NCBI GenBank assembly: GCA_044359815.1
Contig: JBIKLL010000035.1
Span: forward strand, 1 to 25,284
Origin: Pseudobdellovibrionaceae bacterium
Lineage (GTDB): Bacteria > Bdellovibrionota > Bdellovibrionia > Bdellovibrionales > Bdellovibrionaceae
Length of the DNA: 25,284 nucleotides
Direction: 5' to 3'
The notes beneath the pieces are model-generated. The model did no database searches. It was not told the DNA's origin and saw nothing but the letters and a program-made list of their open reading frames with translations. The translations under genes were made by a program, and so were the position numbers. Numbering within the stretch: position 1 is the stretch's first letter; each line of letters opens with the position of its first letter. This document shows, piece by piece, positions 9,813 through 17,884 of this stretch.

Positions 9813-9832
9813 CACGGTTAATTTGAAATTTT

Positions 9833-11791
9833 ATGAGCACCAAAAGATTTAGGCGTAAGCCACAAAAATCCTTGCGTGCTATTTTGATAATTTGGTTTTT
9901 GTTATTTTCTATTGTCCCTTTGGCTTTCGTTACTCTGTATTCAGTCGTGAAATACGAAAAGGCCATTAATAACGAACTCAATCAAAGGCTTCAGGGCAAT
10001 GCCCGAGAAATTAATACCATCCTGAACGATTTCAAATCTGGATTGATCGAACGGCGAAATCGGTATTTGAAGGACACCGAATTTATTTACAATCTGAGCA
10101 CAAGTGAAATTCAAACGCTTAGAAATATTTCTGCAAATTGGCTCCGAACAGACTTGGCCAGCAGCATGACCTTTTTTGCACGAAACGGAAAGCTGTTGGT
10201 TTCACTTGAAAAAGACAACCAAGATGAAATCAGGATTTCCCCTGGAACCACGTCTGGTAATTTATATTTATCCGAGGAAAATCTGGATAAAATCAGAACA
10301 TCAGCTGACTATACGTTTGTAGAATACCCTGAAGACGGTGGAATTTCTCTGATATTGTTATCAAAAGTTCGTGGCAATGGTAACAGGCTGGTTGGGTACC
10401 TTGAACAATTGATCAATCTGAATGATTCTTTCATGACTAAACTGAAAGAGCGGATGAAGCTTGAGATGCTGATTGTCAGACCCAATGGTCAGGTTGTCGC
10501 TGCGACTCATCCAGATTTTGAAATCTATAAGAAAGACTTTTTTCAGAACTACATTCAACCTGGTGAAAAATCATTTTTTGAACTGAGTGTGCGTGGCGAT
10601 CCCTATGGATTTATTTTGTATCCGATAAAATGGGGCCAGACTGAAATCTTCTTGGGATTGGGAGCGTCTAAGTCTGAAGCCCTGGCTGTGTTAGAAAACG
10701 TTAACTATGCATTTATGACGGTGGTTGGTGCGGTGATCGTATTACTGCTGATATTTATTTTTGTTGCTTCTACAACTTTGATCAAGCCCGTGATTGATCT
10801 GGTGGAGGCCATCGACCAGGTAGAAAGCAGTGAAAAAATTGTCGAAATCCCTGTTCGAAGCGACACAGAAATTGGTTTACTGACCGAAAGCTTTAACAGC
10901 ATGAGCAGTAATGTAATCAGGGCCAGGGCAGATTTAAAACGTAAAGTTCAAGAGCTCGAAAAGGCAAATCAGGAGCTTATTGATACTCAAGCCAGACTGG
11001 TGCATTCGGCAAAAATGATTAGTCTTGGTCAGCTGGTGGCAGGTGTTGCACATGAACTGAATAATCCAATCGGATTTATTTACAGTAATATGACTCATCT
11101 GAGGGACTATTCAGAGAAGCTGATCAGGTTTGCTGAAACTGCGGAAAAAGAGCCCGAGAAAATTAAAAGTTTGAAAAAGGAACTTGAAGTCGATTACATC
11201 AAACAGGATCTGCCGAAATTAATTTTTTCTTGTGAAGACGGTGCCAGAAGGACCCGAGATATTGTTATTGGGTTGAGAAATTTTTCTAGGCTTGAGGAGG
11301 CCAAGCTCAAAGAAATCGACATACATCAGGCAGTGGACGACACTTTAAATTTGTTGACGGGTGAAATTAAAAACAGAATTCAGATTATTAAGAAGTATAA
11401 AAAATTGCCACTTGTTACCTGTTACGCCAGTCACATCAATCAAGTTTTTATGAATCTGCTGTCCAATGCGGCTCAGGCCATTGAGGGCAATGGTAATATT
11501 TGGATTTCCACAAACACGTCCACAAAAAATGGCGAAGACTTTGTCGAAATTTCTTTTCAGGATTCTGGTAAGGGAATGTCTTCTGAGGTTATGGATAAAA
11601 TCTTTGATCCATTTTTTTCAACCAAAGGTGTGGGGCAGGGGACAGGCTTGGGACTGTCAATTTCCTACGGGATTGTTCAAAAACATGGCGGTGAAATTCA
11701 AGTAAAATCTCAGCCTGGAATAGGCACCGAATTTATAGTGCATATGCCGGTTAAAGCTAAGCCGATTAATACTGAAGACGCCGCTGTCTGA
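9833..11791 (+). CDS. Membrane-bound sensor histidine kinase (extracytoplasmic sensor, HAMP, HisKA, HATPase)
   Basis: Two TM helices; HAMP (KPVIDL..DTEIGLLTESFNSM); H box GVAHELNNP; N box QVFMNLLSNA; G1 DSGKGM; F box IFDPFFSTK; G2 GTGLGLSIS. Confidence 0.93.
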   Translation: MSTKRFRRKPQKSLRAILIIWFLLFSIVPLAFVTLYSVVKYEKAINNELNQRLQGNAREINTILNDFKSGLIERRNRYLKDTEFIYNLSTSEIQTLRNISANWLRTDLASSMTFFARNGKLLVSLEKDNQDEIRISPGTTSGNLYLSEENLDKIRTSADYTFVEYPEDGGISLILLSKVRGNGNRLVGYLEQLINLNDSFMTKLKERMKLEMLIVRPNGQVVAATHPDFEIYKKDFFQNYIQPGEKSFFELSVRGDPYGFILYPIKWGQTEIFLGLGASKSEALAVLENVNYAFMTVVGAVIVLLLIFIFVASTTLIKPVIDLVEAIDQVESSEKIVEIPVRSDTEIGLLTESFNSMSSNVIRARADLKRKVQELEKANQELIDTQARLVHSAKMISLGQLVAGVAHELNNPIGFIYSNMTHLRDYSEKLIRFAETAEKEPEKIKSLKKELEVDYIKQDLPKLIFSCEDGARRTRDIVIGLRNFSRLEEAKLKEIDIHQAVDDTLNLLTGEIKNRIQIIKKYKKLPLVTCYASHINQVFMNLLSNAAQAIEGNGNIWISTNTSTKNGEDFVEISFQDSGKGMSSEVMDKIFDPFFSTKGVGQGTGLGLSISYGIVQKHGGEIQVKSQPGIGTEFIVHMPVKAKPINTEDAAV

Positions 11792-11815
11792 TCGATTATC
11801 AAGACCTTTGTCCGG

Positions 11816-11844
11816 TCCAGAAAGATACTAAAAATTCCGACAAG
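11816..11844 (+). promoter_or_regulatory. Putative sigma28 (FliA)-like promoter
   Basis: TCCAG (11816-11820), 15 nt, TCCGACAAG (11836-11844). Same architecture as 15307-15335; resembles TAAA-N15-GCCGATAA. Confidence 0.45.
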
Positions 11845-11850
11845 ACCACT

Positions 11851-12471
11851 ATGATTAAAGAAATTTTATTAGTCATGTTTGTTTTCGCCAGCACCTTCTT
11901 TGCCCTGAAACTTAGGCATGGTGATAAGGCTGAGGTGATGGATTACTCCAGCAACGTTAACAGGCACATTCAAGCCACTCAAATCCAAATAGATCATCAA
12001 AATCAAAGTGTGTTATCCGATTTAGAGAGCATGGAGTTGATAATCAATAGTTATAAAAAGGATCCAAAGGAAAAAAATTATCTCAGCGAAGCTGAGCTTA
12101 ATGAACAACTGAATCCAACTAAACCAAAGGCTCGCGCTTCAATTGCTGAAAGAATTCAGCAGGAACTATTCAATCAAGATTTCGCTGTGAACTATGATGA
12201 TGCCTACAAGCGAAAATATGCAGAGCAGTTTTTAGAAAATGCTTTAAGGGGCGGATACGAAGTCCGACTGGATCAAAACTACAAAGTTCTGACTGTTCGT
12301 AAGATCAGACGAAATAGCAATCTGGGCTTATTTGAAGGTCGTAGTCCGCAAGCCTATGGTTCTATGGTGATGTACAAACCACACAAAAATAGGCCAAGAA
12401 TGCTTTTAAAGCCATCTTATGTATTTAAAAAAACATTTCCAAAATCAGCTCAACCGCCCACTGTCCAGTAG
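11851..12471 (+). CDS. Hypothetical protein with N-terminal signal or anchor helix
   Basis: 206-aa ORF filling the gap in gene orientation; hydrophobic N-terminus ILLVMFVFASTFFAL. No family recognised. Confidence 0.7.
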   Translation: MIKEILLVMFVFASTFFALKLRHGDKAEVMDYSSNVNRHIQATQIQIDHQNQSVLSDLESMELIINSYKKDPKEKNYLSEAELNEQLNPTKPKARASIAERIQQELFNQDFAVNYDDAYKRKYAEQFLENALRGGYEVRLDQNYKVLTVRKIRRNSNLGLFEGRSPQAYGSMVMYKPHKNRPRMLLKPSYVFKKTFPKSAQPPTVQ

Positions 12472-12486
12472 GTATCGCACAAAATC

Positions 12487-12515
12487 TTGCGCTCGTAATA
12501 AGCGATAGGTACAGT
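12487..12515 (+). promoter_or_regulatory. Putative sigma70 promoter for lpoB operon
   Basis: TTGCGC (12487-12492), 17 nt, TACAGT (12510-12515); GGAGG SD at 12525-12529. Confidence 0.5.
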
Positions 12516-12535
12516 GTAGTTTCTGGAGGCATAAT

Positions 12536-13135
12536 ATGAATACCACTAAATTTTTTGTCGTTGTAATTGCTTTTTTGGTAGCAGCGATTGGCTGCGGTCC
12601 AAAGGGATTTATCAAAGGTCAGTATGACGATCCTGAGCGCCAAAATTTGATGAATGATCAATGGTCTGAAACCGATATGCAAAACACCGTGCGCGACATG
12701 GTCGCCAGTCTTGTAAATCATCCAACTATTTCACAAGCAAAAAGACCTCCATTAGTTATGGTCACTAATTTGCAAAACAAAACCAGCGAACACATAGACA
12801 CGCAAAGCATAATGGATATGGTCCGTGTTGAATTAACAAAATCAGGACGTGTTTCTTTTATTGATAAAGAGGCTCGTAAGGACATCCAAGACGAATACGA
12901 ATATCAAAATTCTGGCAACGTTTCGGATGAAACCAAAAAGGGTCCTGGCGGACAGTTGGGTGCTGACTTTATCGTTAACGGCCGAATGGATTCGATCGTT
13001 CAAGAAGTCGGTAAAGACAAAACGGTATATTATAAAATCACGCTGAATATGACTAATTTGAAAACCAGCGAAATCAAATGGACAGACCAAAAACAAATCC
13101 GCAAGGCTTATAAAAAGAAACCAATTGGTTGGTAA
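12536..13135 (+). CDS. lpoB: LpoB-family lipoprotein (PBP activator-like)
   Basis: Lipobox AIGC; family-like motifs WSETDM, LQNKTSEHIDT, LGADFIVNG, YYKITLNMTNLKTSEIKW. Confidence 0.8.
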   Translation: MNTTKFFVVVIAFLVAAIGCGPKGFIKGQYDDPERQNLMNDQWSETDMQNTVRDMVASLVNHPTISQAKRPPLVMVTNLQNKTSEHIDTQSIMDMVRVELTKSGRVSFIDKEARKDIQDEYEYQNSGNVSDETKKGPGGQLGADFIVNGRMDSIVQEVGKDKTVYYKITLNMTNLKTSEIKWTDQKQIRKAYKKKPIGW

Positions 13136-13147
13136 GAACACGGGCCT

Positions 13148-14365
13148 ATGAAAATTCTTTTGATTGCAGTCAGCTTTATGGCAACAGTTGGCTGCGCGAC
13201 CTACCAAGGTAAAGTTTCACAGGCCAGAAATCTGATTGCCAGCGGAAAAGCCGCAGAAGCCATTGAAAGTCTGAAACCTCTGGCTGAAAAAAAATCCGAT
13301 GATCAACTGTTGTACGTGTTGGATTATTCGATGGCTCTGCAAATCTATGGCATGTACAAGGAATCTTCGGAAGCTCTGATTAAAGCAGATTCACTGATAG
13401 ACATTCAAGACTACCATTCTATATCTAATGTAGTTGGCGCCACCCTGGGATCAGAGGAAATGATTCAATATAAGGGTGAATCTTTCGAAAAATATTTAAT
13501 CAATACAATGAACGCTATTAATTTTGCCATGCTTGGCAAAAACGATGAGGCCATTGTTGAATGCCGCAGAATAAACAACAAGCTTTCCAAGATGAAAATG
13601 GAGGGCAGAAAAAGCTATGAGTTGAGTCCATTTGCTCATTATTTTTCAGCGATATTGTGGGAGTCTGAACGCAAATGGGATGATGCCTACATTGCCTTTG
13701 AGCAAGCTTACAAATTAGACCCTACAATCCCTGGAATCGAAATTGATTTGGTCAGGGCCGCAAAACGTGCCCGCCGCGATGAAACTCACAAAAAATGGAA
13801 AGATCAATTTGCAGTTTCAGAAGATCCCAAATGGTATGATAAAAAAATGGGAGAGCTGGTTGTGATATTTCAGCAGGGTTGGATTCCGCGAAAGGGCCCC
13901 AGATCTGATGCTCCCAGGTTTCCCAGACTTTACCCCGTTTATTCAGAAACCAAAAAAATATCGGTATCAGTTAATGGTTATGAATCAATGTCCAGAACAA
14001 CCTATGACGTTGGCAGTGTGGCTATAAGGACCCTAGAAGATGACTATGGTTCATTGATTGCTCGTAGATTAGGGGGAGTTGTTGCAAAAGCCGTCGTTGC
14101 AGATCAAATCAGACAGAAAGACAGATTGTTAGGCGATTTGGCTTACATTGCCATGAGGCTGTCTGACCGAGCAGATCTAAGGCAATGGTCGACCTTACCA
14201 AATGAAATCCATCTGGTCAGAGTTTTATTGCCGGCTGGCGAATACAAAATAAATATTGTGGGTTTAAATGCTGACGACGCCCCTACGGGTGAATCAGTTG
14301 ATAATTACTCTGTGCGAGTTTATTCGGGCCAAAAAGCTTTTGTTAATTGGCGAAGCCTAAAATAG
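13148..14365 (+). CDS. COG3014-like TPR lipoprotein, usual LpoB neighbour
   Basis: Lipobox TVGC; YKGESFEKYLINTMNAINF, AIVECRR, ADLRQWSTLP motifs. Confidence 0.75.
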   Translation: MKILLIAVSFMATVGCATYQGKVSQARNLIASGKAAEAIESLKPLAEKKSDDQLLYVLDYSMALQIYGMYKESSEALIKADSLIDIQDYHSISNVVGATLGSEEMIQYKGESFEKYLINTMNAINFAMLGKNDEAIVECRRINNKLSKMKMEGRKSYELSPFAHYFSAILWESERKWDDAYIAFEQAYKLDPTIPGIEIDLVRAAKRARRDETHKKWKDQFAVSEDPKWYDKKMGELVVIFQQGWIPRKGPRSDAPRFPRLYPVYSETKKISVSVNGYESMSRTTYDVGSVAIRTLEDDYGSLIARRLGGVVAKAVVADQIRQKDRLLGDLAYIAMRLSDRADLRQWSTLPNEIHLVRVLLPAGEYKINIVGLNADDAPTGESVDNYSVRVYSGQKAFVNWRSLK

Positions 14366-14376
14366 AACTAACGGGC

Positions 14377-14408
14377 AAAAAAAAACCCTAAGTTTGTCTT
14401 AGGGTTTT
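14377..14408. terminator. Intrinsic terminator between convergent genes, probably bidirectional
   Basis: AAAACCCTAAG (14382-14392) / TTTGT / CTTAGGGTTTT (14398-14408). A9 tract on the left gives a U-tract on the - strand; T4 on the right. Confidence 0.85.
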
Positions 14409-14431
14409 AATAATCATAAATTTAAAACTGT

Positions 14432-14989
14432 TTAGTTGTTAAAGTTATTGTTTGGATTTGGCAGATTCGGAGTATCGTCATCTGTCATACCTGGCAAAAT
14501 AGTCGCTTTTTCAGCAGCTACTTTTGCAGTGGAATCAGCAGCCACTCGAGCGGCAGCAGAAGCCACACGTTGCTCAAGATTTTGCTTCAAGTCTTCTGTG
14601 GAAGCTCTTTCAGCAGCTGCAGCAGCCATTTGAGCCTGCTTGGTCATGTAATCCATCGGGAAGGCACCTAATTTTGCAAGAAAGCTAGAGATGCTTCCGT
14701 TGCCGTTTTGGATGATTTCGCGCAATGTGAAAAGTGGAGCGTATTGCGAAGCTTTCTTTTCTGCTTCAAAAATAATCTGCGTCAATGTTGCAGCCGTGAT
14801 ATCGCTTTTTGATTTATTGTCGATAACCATGACTTCTTCGTTAGTGCGAATCATTTTGGCAATATCATCCAATGTAACATAGCAACTTTGTTGTGTGTCA
14901 TAAAGCTTACGGTTCTGGTAACGCTTAATAATTTTCACTTTGCCAGTATTCATTGGTTTGATCCCCATGATTGTTTCGGTTTGGTTCAT
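14432..14989 (-). CDS. PhaR-like DNA-binding regulator (PHA synthesis regulator N-terminal domain)
   Basis: IIKRYQNRKLYDTQQSCYVTLDDIAKMIR..DITAATLTQIIFE is the PHB_acc_N signature. SD GGGGGAGG upstream; start is ATG 14989 or TTG 14992. Confidence 0.85.
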   Translation of the reverse strand: MNQTETIMGIKPMNTGKVKIIKRYQNRKLYDTQQSCYVTLDDIAKMIRTNEEVMVIDNKSKSDITAATLTQIIFEAEKKASQYAPLFTLREIIQNGNGSISSFLAKLGAFPMDYMTKQAQMAAAAAERASTEDLKQNLEQRVASAAARVAADSTAKVAAEKATILPGMTDDDTPNLPNPNNNFNN

Positions 14990-15040
14990 CAATGTAGCCT
15001 CCCCCAGTTAGGTTATTAATATTCTTGGGTTTTGTGATGG

Positions 15041-15077
15041 AGGGCAACGTAGCCCTACCGCCACCCCTTGTCAAGGG
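15041..15077 (-). promoter_or_regulatory. Putative sigma70 promoter of the PhaR-like gene, both boxes inside inverted repeats
   Basis: Minus strand TTGACA (15074-15069), 17 nt, TACGTT (15051-15046). Inverted repeats CCCTTG-T-CAAGGG (15065-15077) and AGGGC-AACGTA-GCCCT (15041-15056). Confidence 0.6.
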
Positions 15078-15101
15078 TACTTGGTGCCCAAATGCTGGAT
15101 G

Positions 15102-15119
15102 CGTCAACTACGTCAACTA
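15102..15119. repeat. Tandem 9-bp direct repeat (CGTCAACTA x2)
   Basis: CGTCAACTACGTCAACTA read directly in the divergent intergenic region. Confidence 0.8.
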
Positions 15120-15306
15120 AGGCAATGACAAAGGCATCAGAAATTAAGGTTAGAAAAGCCTAAAAACAGGACCATTGTATTGCAGCTAATAGTTAATAAA
15201 ACCAAGTAATATCAATGTATTAATTAATGTTGTGGTTTGTATAAGCAAGGCCCTATCTGCCAGACAGAAAAACTCAAAAATCGTTCTGAAATAGCTCAAA
15301 TTTTAA

Positions 15307-15335
15307 TCAAGTAATTCGCCTCCAATTCCGAAAAG
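15307..15335 (+). promoter_or_regulatory. Putative sigma28 (FliA)-like promoter for the TPR gene
   Basis: TCAAG (15307-15311), 15 nt, TCCGAAAAG (15327-15335), followed by SD AGGGAGG and ATG 15353. Confidence 0.5.
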
Positions 15336-15352
15336 TTTCATAGGGAGGCTCG

Positions 15353-17167
15353 ATGTTTAAGAGGGAGCTTTTAATAGGGTATTTGATCATAACCACCCTC
15401 GGCTGTGCCTCATCACAGAAGTTCTCTGAAAGCACTTATTATGATTCAGCATTCAATGATCGTAATCGTGCGCCGGCCTCGATGAATCCACCATCAAATG
15501 TAGATAAAATTGATTCTGTGCATTTGAAGACGCAGGGTGATTACCACTTTGCAGTTGCTGAAGCCTTAAGCTTTGAGGGTAAACACCAAAAAGCCATTGA
15601 GGAGCTTAAGCAAGTTCTGGTTTACGATCCTGATTCATACATTGTGCCCATGAAGATTTCTGGTGAATACATTAAACTGGGTATGTTGTCAGAAGCCATC
15701 GAACATGCGGAAGACTCTGTTAATAAAAACAAAAATTTTGCTGATTCACGGATTTTGTTGGGTGGTTTGTATTCAACACTAAGAATTTTTGAAAAAGCCA
15801 AAACCGAATACGAGACCGCGCTGAAACTGAATCCTGATCACACAGAAGTTCCGATTTATTTAGGGGCTGTGTATTCTGAACTGAAAATGTACGATAAAGC
15901 CGTCGCGGCTTTTGAAAGTCTGCTTAAAAACGAAGACTTTAATCAAACACATTTGGTTCATTACTATGTTGGGCGTGTCAGGTTTGAGCAGGGTGGTAAA
16001 AAATATTTTAAGGCCGCCATGCAGGCATTTGAAAGATCGCTAAAGATTAAGCCCGAACATGTTGATACGGTTTTATCATTGGCAGCAACACGTTTCAAAA
16101 TTGGTGAACGTGATCAAGCCATCAAAACATTGCAAACCTATCAAACGGAACAGGGTCCTTCAACCAGAGTCGCTGAGCAATTAGTTGAGCTTTATATTGA
16201 AGACGAAAAATATGATAAAGCTTATGATCAGTTAGTGATTCTGGAAAAAGCTCCTAATGAAGACATGTTGAATGTCAAAGTTCGAATGGCATTGATTTCG
16301 ATTGAACAAAAGAAATACGAAAAGGCCTCTGCAAAGCTGAATGAAGTTCTGCAGTTGGTTCCTGAAAGCGATAAGATCAGATTCTATTTGGCTGCGGTAT
16401 ATGAAGAAATGGGTAAATCTGAAGAATCAGTTGCTGAGTATTTGAAAATCCCTGCTAGCAGTCAGTACTATTCGGATTCAGTTGTTCATGCGACATATTT
16501 GTTAAAACAGAAAAAAGATTACGATAAAGCCTTGTCTGTAGCAGAGCAGGCGTACAAAGAAAAAAGCGATTCAGCCCAGTTCATCGCAATTTACAGTTCA
16601 TTGTTGGATGAAACAGGACAATCCAGCAGAGCAGTTAAGATTTTGTCTGCGGCAGTCGAAAAATTTCCAGAAAATGTGCAGTTAAGATTTTTCTTGGGTG
16701 CGGTTCATGATCGCGTCGGCAATCGTAAAGAGTCTTTATCAAATATGAGAAAAGTCATAGAGCTTGATCCCAATCACGTTCAGGGATTGAACTATCTGGC
16801 GTTTACTCTGGCAGAAATTGGTGAAGAGCTAGAGGCTGCCGAAATTTTTGTAAAGCGCGCTTTGGCTATGGAGCCCAATGATGGATTTATTTTGGATACT
16901 TTTGGATGGGTCAAATTTAAGCAGGGTGATTATCGTGCGGCCATAAAGATTCTGGAAAAAGCTTACACTCATCAGCCCACAGAAAGCATCATCGCAGAGC
17001 ACCTGGGCGATGTTTATTACAAGCAGCAGCTTGTTGAAAAAGCCAAATCAATGTACAAAAGAGCCTATGACCTTGAATCAAACGAAAATAAACTCAGAGA
17101 AATCAAAAGTAAAATTTCAGCCATCGAAAATCAGATTTTCGACAGAGCTCCTGCCGCAGCTCCGTAA
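15353..17167 (+). CDS. Multi-TPR lipoprotein
   Basis: Lipobox TLGC; many TPR units; C-terminal LNYLAFTLAE..ILDTFGWVKFKQG..IAEHLGDVY, typical of the TPR gene found upstream of lolB. Confidence 0.9.
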   Translation: MFKRELLIGYLIITTLGCASSQKFSESTYYDSAFNDRNRAPASMNPPSNVDKIDSVHLKTQGDYHFAVAEALSFEGKHQKAIEELKQVLVYDPDSYIVPMKISGEYIKLGMLSEAIEHAEDSVNKNKNFADSRILLGGLYSTLRIFEKAKTEYETALKLNPDHTEVPIYLGAVYSELKMYDKAVAAFESLLKNEDFNQTHLVHYYVGRVRFEQGGKKYFKAAMQAFERSLKIKPEHVDTVLSLAATRFKIGERDQAIKTLQTYQTEQGPSTRVAEQLVELYIEDEKYDKAYDQLVILEKAPNEDMLNVKVRMALISIEQKKYEKASAKLNEVLQLVPESDKIRFYLAAVYEEMGKSEESVAEYLKIPASSQYYSDSVVHATYLLKQKKDYDKALSVAEQAYKEKSDSAQFIAIYSSLLDETGQSSRAVKILSAAVEKFPENVQLRFFLGAVHDRVGNRKESLSNMRKVIELDPNHVQGLNYLAFTLAEIGEELEAAEIFVKRALAMEPNDGFILDTFGWVKFKQGDYRAAIKILEKAYTHQPTESIIAEHLGDVYYKQQLVEKAKSMYKRAYDLESNENKLREIKSKISAIENQIFDRAPAAAP

Positions 17168-17777
17168 AGCCGCTTTGGCAATGTGTTTGGTCCTAGGGGC
17201 CTGCGCACATAAACCATCAACACCCACAGATGCAAAAAAAACCACAGGGTATTGGGAAGGCAAAGCCTACGTTAAAGATTTGAGTCGCGGATCAATTAAT
17301 CAAGTCCACTGGGTGGCATTTGCCGAATGGCCTGGAAAGCTGAGGATGGATGTTCATGGCGATTTTGGGGTCAATATCGCCTCGATGACATTGTCAGAAA
17401 ATAAAATGCAGGTTGCCTTGTTTCAGGAAAAAAAGTTTCTGTCTGGCAATGCCAATGAACACAGTTTGACAAAATACACCAAGATCGCAATCAACCCCTA
17501 TTGGATTAATAATGTGCTGTTTGATAAGTCCATCGACAACAAGAACTGGACCTGCGTCCAGGGCGCAGATGGGCTTCCGGTTAACTGCGAAAGACTGCAG
17601 GATAACTTTTCAATCCATTGGAAAGACCGCAAAGGCGAGCTAAAAAGGTTCGTAATGAAATATAAGAATCAGGAAATCATCTTTATGGTCACTGATTTTA
17701 AGACCAAGGTCCAGCCAAAGGCCAATCCCTATCAGATTGCACAGCCATCTGGCTTTGAGCAGATCAATCTGAACTGA
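17067..17777 (+). CDS. LolB/DUF4292-like lipoprotein (start uncertain)
   Basis: Lipobox LGAC; beta-rich body (WEGKAYV..PGKLRMDVHGDFGVNIASMTL); position right after the TPR gene. Candidate starts are 17010, 17067 or a non-canonical codon near 17151. Confidence 0.55.
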   Translation: MTLNQTKINSEKSKVKFQPSKIRFSTELLPQLRKAALAMCLVLGACAHKPSTPTDAKKTTGYWEGKAYVKDLSRGSINQVHWVAFAEWPGKLRMDVHGDFGVNIASMTLSENKMQVALFQEKKFLSGNANEHSLTKYTKIAINPYWINNVLFDKSIDNKNWTCVQGADGLPVNCERLQDNFSIHWKDRKGELKRFVMKYKNQEIIFMVTDFKTKVQPKANPYQIAQPSGFEQINLN

Positions 17778-17853
17778 GGCGCGTTGGCCCCACAGGGTCG
17801 AGTCATTTTAAAAAAAATCAAAATGAAATTAACTGGATGGGGTGTCTCATGGG

Positions 17854-17878
17854 TATAATATAGAAGCAGGCCAGGAGG
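17854..17878 (+). promoter_or_regulatory. Perfect -10 box and SD upstream of prkA
   Basis: TATAAT at 17854-17859, AGGAGG at 17873-17878. No good -35 at 17-nt spacing. Confidence 0.45.
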
Positions 17879-17884
17879 GACTAC

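Noticed and set aside
14925..15107. 60-aa minus-strand ORF upstream of the PhaR-like gene as a leader peptide
   Set aside because: Starts upstream of the predicted promoter, has no SD or recognisable features, and runs through promoter elements.
17784..17809. Hairpin TTGGCCC-CACA-GGGTCGA after the LolB-like gene as a terminator
   Set aside because: Two G-U pairs and a displaced, short T run; too weak to call.
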